Positions 23,017-35,547 of a stretch of 64,000 nt of DNA are shown in pieces (the first letter of the stretch is position 1; every line of letters begins with the position of its first letter). The translations under genes were made by a program, and so were the position numbers. This stretch comes from Lepidodermella squamata (taxonomy: Eukaryota; Animalia; Gastrotricha), in NCBI GenBank assembly GCA_047495785.1, contig JBLDXI010000027.1, positions 62,001 through 126,000 on the forward strand, in the 5' to 3' direction. The notes beneath the pieces are model-generated. The model searched no databases and was not told where the DNA came from. It was given only the letters and a program-made list of their open reading frames with translations.

Positions 23017-24202
23017 TTAATGGCGAATGGGACGTATGTGGATTGTCAGCATACTTTTCCCTTGTTTAAATACTAATTTCTCTCCTAAAATCATCAATTC
23101 GTAAAAATCACAGCTGACGATGAAGAAGAAAATCACAGATACCTGAATCGAGGCACATCATGAAGCTCAGGGTGTCCAAAAATTGCGACTTGATTGGGTG
23201 ATAGTACGGTGTTGAGCCAGCAAAACTGATCAGGTTGTACTTTTGCTTGTTGGATGCGCCAGAAGACGCGGGAAAAACTCGCAGCAAAGGGACACTTTTA
23301 TCACCGCAAATAACCGGCTCAATGAGGTCCGTGTAGCAATAAATCAGCGGAGTGTGGAAATGAATTTGCGGAATGAATTCAGAGTAGAGCGGCTGATCTT
23401 TGCGCGTGGATCGATAAGCAACCTCAGCGGCCAATGAGACCTCATCTGCCAAACTCCTCTGATAAAGATTCAGGGTTAATTTACCATCTTCGTCGGTCTG
23501 ATATGTAGGTTTTTTCCCATTTGCCATTACCAACTTTTTGCCATCTTTTCCGGCCAGTATAAATCGCAATAAATGACTGAAGAGGCTCAAATATTCCCGT
23601 TCATGTCTCTGCTGCCAATCTTCATCCCCACTAGACTCTTCATCTGGAGGGACGTTAATTAAAACGACAGCCTTTCCAAAACCAAGAATCTGCCCCGTAA
23701 ATTCGGGAAGGTACAACCCGAAGCCGGGTTTTAGGTCAAAGCGAATGCGATCTTTGCCTTCCTCATAGGCCATGTTGATTTCAGCCCATTCAGGCATAGC
23801 AGAGAGCAAGTCATTGATGTAATCTGTCATTGTCTCGTAGATGCGACCACCCACATGGCACTCGGCAAACTCCAAAGGGTTGTTGTAAGGTGATTCCTCA
23901 AGAGTGCCACGGTCCAACCAAGAGGTTTTGAAAACGAAAAAAGTGGACTTTTTCAGCGAAACAACCTGCGATGGAGTGCAAACCTCGAGGAGGGCAGCTT
24001 CATGAGAGCCAACGCTCCCTAAATCTATTATCGGAAGGCGTAACAAGATGCAAGACGATACGAGTTTATTCAACTTACCAATAATATGTGGAAGCTTGAC
24101 TTTGAACTCTGCAGCAGTATTTTGAGGATACAAATCTGATGACGCATGAGATGGTAGAACTAGAATCAAGTCCTTGCCGTAGTAGCTATTGACTGACAGC
24201 AT
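23017..24202 (-). CDS. Minor capsid (penton) protein, 2 introns (24025-24078, 23085-23142)
   Basis: LVLPSHAS..YPQNTAAEFKVKLP N-terminus; IYCYTDLIEP..GD..VPLLR; spliced C-terminus GEKLVFKQGKSMLTIHIRP. Confidence 0.88.
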
Positions 24203-24458
24203 TATTAGGTAGAGTAGGTACGGTTGGATATAGTAGATGGTGGACAACCAAGGTCAAAAGCAGTAAAACCAGAGTAAGAGCCAGGGCGAGTACTTGCTTT
24301 GATCGCGATGCTAATGATGAAGAGGATCTAGGTACGCTTGATAAACTCGGTGGTTGAAAAGCAGTTGCGGTTCTCGTTGCAAGGAGAAAAGGTCGAAGTT
24401 GCTGAGATCGACGATCAGTTGACGCAAGTTCGGGATTTGAAATGGATGACATTACCAT
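24186..24458 (-). CDS. Small protein with one hydrophobic (TM-like) segment
   Basis: Fills the integrase-mCP gap exactly; VLALALTLVLLLLTLVV; TATA-like motif upstream. Confidence 0.5.
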   Translation of the reverse strand: MVMSSISNPELASTDRRSQQLRPFLLATRTATAFQPPSLSSVPRSSSSLASRSKQVLALALTLVLLLLTLVVHHLLYPTVPTLPNNAVSQ

Positions 24459-24473
24459 AAGGTGCGTGCGAAA

Positions 24474-25635
24474 TCACTTCTCTTTATATAACTTCTGGAG
24501 CTCATGCGTGTAGAAAACACGCTTCAGTTGCCCGGATTTATCGTTGGGGTCAGATGATACGCGGTAAGCCACCGTCGAGTGATCATTTTGAGGAAGAATT
24601 TCAGTCACATGGTAGATTCTGTCGCTAAAAGTCGGGTGTTTAATTCGGTTTTTGAAAATTTTCCGCTGTTGCAAGATCCGAACGCGATCTCCCAAATTGA
24701 ATTTCACTCGTATTTGGCGAATCGTCTTGAAAGCGTTTCGATGAGCGACTAAATTGTCTGGGTGATCCTCATAAACAGTCATGAAACCGGGTTGCGAAAG
24801 CGCCACATTCAATTCAGGGTTAAGGTTCCATAACTCATCAGGGCTAAAGCCGGTTGTTGAATTTGGGCAGCTATTGATTGCATCCAAAATGTCGTCAAGT
24901 TTATCGATGAAATTTTTAGTGTTATTAGCCATCATATATCGAACCAATCGCATTCGAAGGTTCTTGATAAATGTCTCGATTGCACCCACCTTCTTGGGAG
25001 AATTAGTGAGGTAAAACCTGGCGCCGAGATCAGAAAAGTACTTTTGAACTTTCTTATCGCGAAACTCGGATCCTAATTAGATCAGAGATTTTAAATGGAG
25101 ATTAAGACACTGCGGCAGACAGATGTTTTCTCTTACCTTTGTCAGTAATTACCTGATTAGGGATCAAGTCGATTTCGGACATGATACCTTTAATCGCACC
25201 AAGCACTATAGCAGCTGTTTTATTTTTCAACACCCTCAACCAAGTTTTGCGGGTAAAAAGGTCCTTTATGCATAGGACGTACTTCTTTCTCGCGTTGAAA
25301 AATTGATATTCCTTCGTAATTTCCATTAGGTCCCCAGCAAAGGTGGAACCCTTAGCATGTACCGCAACTCGCCTATAAAGCTTACGATTGCGCGTAGAAG
25401 CTTGCCGGAAAAGGCTATAAGCCGGTTGAGCCGATAGCCATTCTCGAACTGTTTTATAGGTAATGACCCGATTATTTGGATACCTGGCCTTTGCAGCTTC
25501 GTACAGAATTTTAATAGATCGAAATGAACTGGGCAAGTTAGCAGTATAATATAATGGATGTAAAAGCTCATCAAGAGTTACATAGTCCTCGTCAGAAAGC
25601 ATGGCGATATTATTATTATTATTGTACATCGCCAT
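24474..25635 (-). CDS. Retroviral-like (c-integrase) DDE integrase, 1 intron (25073-25136)
   Basis: IKDLFTR, ITDK|GSEF, AIETFIK; ends FYTHELQK with no obvious chromodomain. Confidence 0.93.
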
Positions 25636-25652
25636 GCTCACAATTCAGTCCG

Positions 25653-28600
25653 TTAGCCCTTAATATAACCAAAGGGTACAGTTTCGAATGTTTCATAATC
25701 TGAAATGAAGCGTTTCATAAACTTGAATCGGAGTGTTTTTATCACATCTTGAATTGCAACCTTTGCATAGGGATGGCACTGAAATCGGCGCCAAACCTGC
25801 TGTTCCAACTTCAAACAAGCCTCGTCTGCGTTCTTGTCAGCATTGATAGAGTGAAGAAGTCGCATGAAACTGTCGTAGTTGACTTGCCTCTCGAGGGCAG
25901 GTTTCAGCTGGAAGCCTTTCATTCGAATTGTAGTTTGCTAGTACAATAATTAGATTAAGAATTGTTCGTTTAGTCAGAAGTTCAGGAGAGCTTACTCCGT
26001 TAGATTGTTGTATCAGATACGTCTTCGGTGCCAAACCAATAAATCTGAGAAAGGTACATTTAACCTTGGATTTTGAATTCGTTATATTCATTCCTTACTT
26101 TGTGATGTAATCTCCCGATCCGATCTCATCTTTCCAGTTACCTATAATAGTTTAAGAATATTCATTCCGATTTTTTTTTCTTTTTTATTCTGAACGGTTC
26201 AATATATTTACCCAGACAGTCGCCTGTGTGCAGTGGCACGGCTGATCCCGGCTTTTCCACGTAAATGCAAGAGTCTAAAACATGAATGAAAGATCGACTC
26301 ATGGTTGAATTTAGGGCACTTTGTTTCGGAATTCTCACCAGTATCAGTATACAACAAGGTTGCCTGGAGCCGATGGAGCTGTTTGAAGAGGTAAATTCTA
26401 GCAGCAGAAGTAACCATGGCTGCTAGAACAATGTTAGACACAGGTAACGAGGGTTGGAACTCTTCCAATTCAGTTGAATGAGTGATGCGTAACCGTTCTT
26501 TGGTTAGCATCCCATCACCATCATCTTCGAAGTCTTCACTCGGAGGCAATACGGCAATGTCATGAATTTTCATGCCAGGTCTTCGAAGTAGTCTCAACAA
26601 CTCTGATGGTGTGTCGACATATGAAACTTGAATTCCATCAGGTCTAAGACCCAGTTTTCCATAAGCTAAAATAAAAAGAGAGAGAGAGATGGAAGGTTAT
26701 CAGAATTATTAGCCAACTAAACAATTCCAACCAGTGTTTAACAGCAATTTCCCAAGGGATCTCAGTGCTGAATTGGGGTTCTTCAGCTTGTCTTTATCCA
26801 TCTTAAACCCGTACAGTTTTGAGCACGTCTCAATGTAGTCATCAATGTCAGGCCCATCATAGCCGCTGGATTCGAGCTTGATCTTTAGAGTGAACAGGTA
26901 GTTCAAACAAAAGGCTAAATAAGCTACTGATTACTCACTTTGAGCCCAGCGTAAATGAACGAACGAAATATCATGTTGGATTTCTTCGGGTAGTGGTATG
27001 TCTCTATGAAGAGATGCCCACGATATATCATAGGGAAGATACAATTAAATTAGGAAAATTTAGTACCATAGAAGCGGACGATTTCGCATTGACCATAATC
27101 GAGCGCGAGCCTCAATTCTGAAGTTGTCACGTAAGCATGAAAGCATCGTTCTTCGTCATTGTGTACACATGCGACTTGAGCTCCCAGTTCCATACATGAA
27201 CGGCAAGATCCGAATTTCAGGCAGCCTCTGGACGTTCTATACCCTAGAATTGGCAGGTAGACATCACGCTTGATTCGTACGAGGCAACTAGTAAGTCCAA
27301 AGCTTGGATCATCTTTCGAAAAGAAGTGTGCTCGCAGATCAATGTCATTGTTTCGCATTGCCAAAACCTTCGGGCATGGCTTGCCGTAAGGAAAAAATAC
27401 TTCCTCGTATCCGTCTTGCACCGATCCAAGCTTCGAGCTCAGCACAGCCGGGTACAGACTATTCACATCCAAATACCTTATCTTCTCCCCTGGTAATGTC
27501 TCGTAATGTAGCCTGAAAACCTGTGAACAGTCATTATGACTGTTACTTGGTGGTCTTGCATAAAAGTTATTATTATTATTATACCTCGGTGCGTCCACCT
27601 GTGTAAAATTGCCGTGGCATAGCTCTGTCAACAATAGTGAGTGTTCGCTCGATTTCGCCTGCTAAAACAGCGTCTTCAGCCATGATTCGCTTGGCTTCGC
27701 ATCCCCATGTGACAGTTAGCTGATAGCCGGCGTCAATTACCGCCTGATCTTTCGCCAGTGTCTCACGATACAACTCACCAAAGGTGACATTCCGGACCGG
27801 GTGTAGCTTATTCGTGCAGTCAGGATAGCATCGCAAACAACCGTGCCAATGATCACCATGATATTGAAATACTTCGCGAATGTGACCATTTTCATCCAGA
27901 ACAACCCCGTCTGGTTTGAATCGATAGAATTTTGAAGTTTCTGGCAACTTGATGGTGACCTCGCCATTCGAATTTCCAGCATGCAGAATCCGCTTGTTAC
28001 TTTTTCGTGATAAAAATTCGAACCAAATCACCGATTCGCGGGAATAATTCGGTCTGAGAGGTTTACAGAATTCCCATCATGTTCATCAAAAGTAAAAATA
28101 ATAAAAATGTACCCCGCGGAATAACCTGTATTTGGTACCAGGTGTATAGGCAGGTTTTTATCCAGATAAAGAGTTCTCCAAATCAAATTTGATAGTGAAG
28201 CAAGAGTTCGCGACTCTTCAAAAGCAGAAATTTTTAAGGTGGAGGTTCATTCAAAAGGGACTTTTTATTAGGTTTACCTGCGATAGGGTCGATACCGTCG
28301 TCACAAGACCCCGGTATGGTTGTTATTTCACGGATCAGCTCACGGAATTTGACTACACATTGCTGTAGCAATACGACATCGCTATGACAGTACGCAACAG
28401 TTTCCGATTTCAGGCTGAAATTAGATGAAGAATTCCGTGCGATATGTAGTTTCAATTCATCGATTTTCGTAGATGACATTTTTGACGTGTCATAGTCATT
28501 CAGTGTTGGGGCGTTGATTACGTCTTTCAACCAGTTTTCGGGCGTCAACAGGTTGTAGGGAAAAAATTGCTTCCCAGTAATGTCTTCATTTTGTAGGTCA

Positions 28601-30745
28601 AATGCTTTGAAAAGCGCTGCCAAACTCGTCATTGTTAGCAAGTAAAAGTCGCGAAATACAATGCTGCCTTCAACTTTGATCTCCATGACACTATTGTTGT
28701 GGTGGATAGTTTCAAATTGGTATTCATGTCTCTGCAGCCAAGCCATGATGAACATGTGATCGAAGCTTGTTATAGTAATAGTAGGGAAATAAATCTCAAA
28801 ACTAAAGTGTTTTTCGAAATTAAAATTACCGAGCTCCATTGTGAGACAACAGGAAGAGACCTCTGAACTGCTCCTGAAGAATGTACCGCATTAGCTTGTT
28901 AACGCAAGAATTGTCACTTCCGTCAGAGACAAATGAGTGAGTGCGTGGATCATCATTAGTACAATTTGCGGGACATTTGTCAGAGCTCGGTAGGAATTTG
29001 CAAGATTCGCAAAAGAAATTGAGACAAACAACTACAGGTATCAGGGTGCCATCGTTGCATCGAATTGTCTCGAAATCAAACAACGCAAGCAACCTCGGCT
29101 TTACTTTCCCAATCCTACCAGGTTGAATAACGCACTCGTGCGGTGCAGACTCGTCGCGTGGAGGCAAATCACCTTTACAGACACGGCAGTTTCGAATTTC
29201 ACCTAAAAGATTAAATTTCACTGAGCATGCTTCGAATTGCGCAACCACGTACATTTGTGCTTTTTTCGAGCTTTCGCCGGCAACGTTCTTCCACATTTGC
29301 TGCACATGAAGAAAGAATCGCAGATTGATTTTCCAGTAGTTGGGTTCACCTTGACATGAGCTTCATAGCACTGCTTTCCATGGTAATATAGTCCGCAAGA
29401 GCCACGACATATTATGTCCCGCTCTCGACTGCTTTTACAATCTGCCCCAACGGTTTGGCACCTATTGCACTTTCGACTGCATTTATGCGCTACGGAATTT
29501 TTCTTATGGAGCATGAAGCAGTATGGGCACATGATTTTTCCGCCTGATATGTTAGAAATACCAGTTAGGCCGACGTAGTGTCCGACACTTTCGAACGACC
29601 CTACGCCTCCTTCGACATGTGAAGCAATAGTTTGACTACTGATAAAACCAATGTAAATTTTTCGCTCGTCAGCTATTTCAACAGTTGCCGGAGGATGAAT
29701 TGCGACAACCTGTTTCGTTTTGAAGTTGTAAATAATCCCTGAGAAAATTAAATTCTTGAATTAGGGTCGAAATAGTATTCAGGTACCAGAATTTACCACG
29801 ATACGGTAGCCCTATTGTTTCAACAGCTTTTTTAAAATCCGCGATGCCATAGCGATCTTTATTTCCATCAATACCAGCAGTCTCCATCAGCTGCTTAGCC
29901 AATTGCCCTTCGTATTCGAATGCTACTGCTCGCTCTTGGATTGCCAATGGTGTTAATGCATCGCGATCTTTCGAATAATAGGGACGCAATAGTTCGAAAT
30001 TTCCGTGACGTTCATGACCAGCCCTCGGCTCATTAAAATCACGGTAAGCTAGAGCGTGGACAATGGCTCTGAATAGGCACAAGCGATCGTCATTGTCTAT
30101 GAACAGAACCGATCTGTGAGACAGTATAAAATCGACCAATGTCTGCTCTAAACGTCGCTTTTTCTTCGGCTGACCAGCCCCTAGGGCTAGTTCGTCTTCT
30201 TCCAATGCACTAGTCTTGATTCTGAAGACAGAAAACGTCCAACCTTTTTAATATTAAAAATAGTAATAATTTATTATTTGAATTTTCTGATTTTTTTAAA
30301 TTAATTAATTACCCCCTTCCATTGTTGCGCACAGCCTAGATTGTAAAACCGAGTTGGCCTGGTTTAGAATCAGAGCTCCGGATAATTCCTTTACTTCAAT
30401 ATAAGAGGTTAAGAATGGGGTGTGCAGGGCTTCGTGGTGGCATTCAACTCGAACGTGATCTCTTCAAATTAATAATATTATTATTAACAGATTGCAATAA
30501 ATTTTCATGGAAATAAATGGAAATTACCGATCTGGAAAAGTTGCCTTAATTTGCTGAGCTACAGACTCAAAACTGAGCTGAATCTTGGTCAGAAGTGCGA
30601 CGATTTGATGACCACCTTCATCGTCATCGTCTTCGGTTTCCCATCCCAATCCAGATTGTAAGGCATCCAAGTCCGTGATGGAATACTTATGGACCTCAAT
30701 TCCGAATAGGTAAGAATAACAGTGATAGCCGAGGTCAGTCAACAT
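25653..30745 (-). CDS. Protein-primed family B DNA polymerase, ~15 introns
   Basis: DFET, HNGAR|FD, YCHSDV exonuclease motifs; YTGGRTE|V, DVNSLYP, KLLLNT|AYGK, YTDT|DS, APKTY, MKGF; PDG..HGDHWHGC nuclease-like insert. Confidence 0.93.
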
Positions 30746-31171
30746 AACTAGAATTATATCGATGAAATTGGGTAAATTATTCTTTATGAGAGGCCTGCAT
30801 TTTTAAATACTCACTCGGTGCTGCTGCTGCTGTTTTGGCGCGGAAATTGTTACTATTTAAGTGTGTAGGAAAACTACCGGTTAAGAAGTGTGTACGACTA
30901 CTACTGCAAAAGAAACTATACTAGTAATGCTATACATCTCTGCGCTCATTGGTTGGTTAGCACCCCTCGCACACCAATCATATCCACGAGCCAATTTTAT
31001 TATTCAATGAACACGCGCACTGAAAAAAAATCTGCATTCCATTCTCAAAATGAACTCAAAGATGGGAGTATAAAAGTCATGATTTATTTTATTTAAAAAA
31101 ATGGAACTTCAAGTGTTCGACCAGGTTAAAGCGCGAAATTCTACATGATTCTTATTATTACAATTTTTCGA

Positions 31172-31203
<32 letters not shown>

Positions 31204-31581
31204 GCAAGCGCTATGTTTAAAAATTTTTCAAAGAAAGAGAGAGAGAGATATCTATTTACATGCCAGCATGCATATAATAATAATAATAATAATAATAACA
31301 ATCGTTATATACAAAAAATTCGAAGTCGAATTCATTATTACAGTGTGGGTGTGTGTGTGTCCTCGAGTGAGATAGAGATAATGTAATAAATATATTGCAT
31401 ATTTTGTATGCTATATTTACAAAAACTTCGAACCGAGTGAAGTGACAGCTTTCAGGTGGAGCTATTAGTGTAAGTAAATTAAGCATATATTTTGTTACCG
31501 TGATATGAATATTCACCAAGGCGTGGGGCGACGTATCTCCTCTTTTTCCACATTGACTGCTTCTGACTGCTTCTGCTGCGA

Positions 31582-32109
31582 CTATTCTTGATTTTCGTCC
31601 AAGGCTTCGGCCAAGACCTCGTCCAGAACGGCTCGCGCTGTTGCTGCCTGTTGGGCTGCTTGCTGCGCTGCTACCTGTTGCTGCGCTGCTACCTGTTGGG
31701 CTGCTGCTTGTTGCTGAGCTACCGCTGCTGCTGCCTGCTGGGCTGCTGCGTGCTGTGTCCGGGCAGCTGGCTCTACCTGGCTAATCATATCGTTGAGCAG
31801 CCATTTCAGGGCGCAGCTTCGTTCATTCATCTCAACCAGTATGACCTGTTGGCCGAGTAGTACCTCGATGGCGGGACTCATTGTGTGGGGTATCATCATT
31901 CTAACGCGTAATAAATTAGATTAGCCGACAGAAAATTCGTCAAAAGCTTACCTATGTTCCTCAAGATACTTGAGGTCCCGTTTTACTATGTCCACCTCTC
32001 TGGACATTACTTGCTTAAAGGCTTGCAGCATATTTATCAAACGCTGTGCATCGCGAGCAGCAGCACACAGTTCGTTGTAGGTAGCAATAGGGTTATATTG
32101 CTGATCCAT
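31582..32109 (-). CDS. Q/A-rich helical hypothetical protein, 1 intron (31901-31951)
   Basis: MDQQYNP..LEEH|RMMIPH joined in frame by AG/GTAAGC..TTAG. Confidence 0.6.
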
Positions 32110-32538
32110 AACAAGTTATTCTATAGAATTATTCTATAAATGTGAAAACTATAATGTGTAACCTCAGTCCGATAATATTTCCTGCGTTTAGCCCCCAAAA
32201 GTGCACCCAAGTTTATTATACGATTGATGACGGGTCCGCATCAATAATTATATATGTCAAACTCCACTTTGGCTGACAGGTAGTTAGGTAAAATGGTGAC
32301 TTTTGGCTAGCATTATTTCAGGTTGCTGCATATAAATGTCGAAATCCACTTTCCGCAACAGGCAGGATGGCAGGACAGTGATTTTGGAACCATAATTTAG
32401 GGAGGTATAAGTCTTCATTACTCGTGTTGTTGTTATTATTATTATTATTATTATGCTATTTATATTATATTTATTGAGATTGTCATTCATACATTAAGGT
32501 CTATTCAATTCATGTTTTATGGTTGTTCTGGCTACTAC

Positions 32539-32577
<39 letters not shown>

Positions 32578-32733
32578 GTTATGATTGCCAAAATAATTGT
32601 GAGTGCGTGGTGTCCACAAGCTCCGCCCACCTCGCATGCTATTGGCTGTGCGCGATTATAATATATAGAGTGAGTACGAAGTAAAAATAAAAAAATTAAG
32701 GTGGATTTGTTTTAACACAAAAAAATTGAAATT

Positions 32734-33297
32734 TTATTTTGAATTCGCCAAAGCGATAACAAGAAATTTTTCCACAGCCATATTTTGCATTTCAGATTTG
32801 GGATCGGTTATCCCTGTAATACAAAATCGACCTGATGAAAACAAATTAATACTAACTTTCTGGTCCATAATATTTTCGATTCGCAAAGCAGGAAACCGCG
32901 TCAAGTCGAGCTTTACTCGAGTGCTAATTGAAGATAATTCATTCAGGAGAGTTGTATTGAAGCTAATAGTCGTTGGTAGTTGACCAGTAACGGTACAATT
33001 ACGAATTCGAAAGTTTTGAAATTTGATCGAGTTATTGTTGCTCTGCAGCTGAAGTTTTCTCGCTAACCGCCGCCCGCATTTCAGAGCCAATTCTGGTTTC
33101 TTGGCTATAACAACAATGTTGCCTGTTTTGAAAATCAAGGCGGAATAGTATTTTTCCTTGATGATAACGGCATTCCTGAATCTCGGTGATATTTCTGCCA
33201 TTCTGAAATACGTGATTATTTTACGCAGCTCGAGTTCAACACCGCCCAGGTTAAAAGTAGCAACAGTATTTCTGATAAAAACGTCGATATCAAACAT
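32734..33297 (-). CDS. Divergent TATA-binding protein (TBP) homologue
   Basis: Two TBP repeats: IRNTVATFNLG..SPRFRNAVII..ALIFKTGNIVV..RRLARKL and FQNFRIRNCT..RFPAL..NLFSSGRFCITG. Confidence 0.88.
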   Translation of the reverse strand: MFDIDVFIRNTVATFNLGGVELELRKIITYFRMAEISPRFRNAVIIKEKYYSALIFKTGNIVVIAKKPELALKCGRRLARKLQLQSNNNSIKFQNFRIRNCTVTGQLPTTISFNTTLLNELSSISTRVKLDLTRFPALRIENIMDQKVSINLFSSGRFCITGITDPKSEMQNMAVEKFLVIALANSK

Positions 33298-33453
33298 TAT
33301 TTGAGAAAATTGCAAAATGAATAGGAAAAAAATTAAAACTGGGTGGCGCGCGCGCCTTTTATTCTGAAAAAAATTTCAAGTCTTGACCACCGTTATTATT
33401 CTGCTTCATCATCATCATCATCATCTGGAATTATACCGGCCGCCGCCGCCGCA

Positions 33454-34245
33454 TCAGCGCCATCTTTTTATTTTTGATGTTGTCTTGGTCGATTCAGCCT
33501 GACGCAAAATGCGATATTTCTCCCACTCGCACGTATGAACACGGTCGATGGGGCGTTGACCATGCAAATCGGCGTGATATACGTTTGCACGCATGTTGAC
33601 CAGGTACAAAACCGAACTGGTTGAGCCAGTGGCTGCGGCTTCTAATAGCGGTGAAAGTAGCCATCTCGGCGACACGAAATTGATTTCAGCCCCGGCTTCT
33701 ACCATTCGAGATAGCGAGCGGCTTGTCAGGTTTGGATTAGCCGCTGCCACTAGCAAGAGCGACGCTCGATCGTTTTCTCGCATGTAGATAGACCAGAATG
33801 GTTCAAGGGCACACTTCATATCCGGTTCGTGGTCTGAAATAATGATAATAATAATAATAATTTTATTAATTTTTCATTTATTTAATAATAACTGACGCAT
33901 GAATAAGGAGACGATGTAATCTGTCACGTGATAATTTTGAAGAATTTCGAAGAGACTTTTCGTCGCGCCGAATTTAAAAGCTGCATATTCGACCCAATAT
34001 GGTGTGAGGCTATCACCTGTGGGTCTATTCGCGAAAACAATCCGACTCGTTATAGCCGTAAAGCGGTTATCGTTAGGCCTTAGGTACCTCTCTATTCGCT
34101 TCTCCAGGTGATATTTAACTACATACCTCCCGGTTTCGAAATAAGCTGTGCACAAATGGCCGAGCTCATGATCATTATGAATACACGATAAAATGTTGTC
34201 AATAATATGGTGAAAATTCCAAGGGTGTTTGAAAATTTCCTCCAT
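33454..34245 (-). CDS. Ankyrin-repeat protein with possible N-terminal F-box-like motif, 1 intron (33834-33896)
   Basis: MVEAGAEIN, SPLLEAAATG, LVNMRANV..DLHGQRPID; two ORFs joined in frame by C/GTCAGT..TTTCAG. Confidence 0.7.
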
Positions 34246-34664
34246 TTCTTCGAATTATTAGCAATTCGCAATATTATAACAAGAATCGCATATATTACAT
34301 GTCACGAAAGTAAAGCGCGCGAAACCTGGCGGTTTTTTTTTTTATTCCCAGGGTTTGGTGAGCGGTGATCGTTTTGATGAGCGGTGACGTGTGTTGACGT
34401 GCCGCTCCTCTCTACCCGCGCTTATAGTGCATTAACGCCAGTGTATAATGGAACTTTGACAGCAGCAGGAGCATTACAAATTATTGGTGTGCTTTCGCGC
34501 CATCTAAGTAACTTCATGCACTAACAACACTTTGCAGTTGCAATACCTATATTACTCCTGCAAATTTTCGCAATTTATTACCAACCTCTGATACTGTACT
34601 AGTACTACTACTTTGCGAGCATTCAGCACGATCATCATCATCATCATCATCATTATTAGTATCG

Positions 34665-34961
34665 ATGGATTCTCGAGCCAGTGGTTTTCGAAGCCCTCAA
34701 GGACAACAGCAGCAACAACAACAACAGCCATCTCCTGCGGTTGTAACTGTCCATCCTCAACAGCAGCAGCAGCGGAATCAACTGCGCGATTTATCACTTG
34801 CCATTGACAATATTGGATTCCGAATTGATCAGCTCGAGCGTAAAGTCGACTCGTTGATGATTTTACAACGCGAAACTGCGGAAGGCTTACTAATGCTGGT
34901 GCAAGTGATTGAGCGTGTTCGGCTGATTCGAAGCATTTTAAATGCCCCCATGTTAGATTAA
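34665..34961 (+). CDS. Small Q-rich coiled-coil protein
   Basis: Heptad-like LRDLSLAIDNIGFRIDQLERKVDSL; AATAAA at ~35047. Confidence 0.5.
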   Translation: MDSRASGFRSPQGQQQQQQQQPSPAVVTVHPQQQQQRNQLRDLSLAIDNIGFRIDQLERKVDSLMILQRETAEGLLMLVQVIERVRLIRSILNAPMLD

Positions 34962-35547
34962 TGCGATGATTTTCACACAATTCGCAAGGAGTGATTTGTG
35001 AGGCGCAAGGAGTGAGTGAGTGAGTGAGTGAGTGTTTTAATTGCGCAATAAAATTTCAATGCAAGGTGTGTATGTAATTTATTTATTAATCAAAAATCGA
35101 TTTGATGTTTATTACGATAGACAACGCAGCCAGCAAAATTGACATTTATTTTTGGGATTTTATTTTATTTTTTTTCCTACTGAATCGTGGTATTTGTTTA
35201 CTTTATTTTGACTTTTCGGAAGTTTCCATTTTGCGAGCATCGATCCTGACCGTGGGAAAATCGTGTCAAACGACCTATTGAATTTCATTACTTCCAATCA
35301 GCGTGATTCCCAATAATCGATAGGTACTGTCGCAGTCACACCTGATCGTAGGAAAACATCTTTGTCTTTCTGTTATTTCCAATATATGTTCCGAAAATCG
35401 ATAATCGATAATCAATCAATAATGATCGGTCCTGCCGCTGTCACGTGACCTTGGGAAAACGACCTTGACATTTATTTCAAATTTTTGGCGCCAAAACTTT
35501 ACACATGACCTTGACATTTATTTCCCCATCATTTTCCATATTTATTC

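Noticed and set aside
25653-30745. pPolB as a decayed pseudogene
   Set aside because: Every break traced is bounded by GT..AG in compatible phase
30890-31519. Short ORFs in the AT-rich Polinton spacer
   Set aside because: Dominated by (AAT)n and (GT)n/(GA)n repeats; no coding signal
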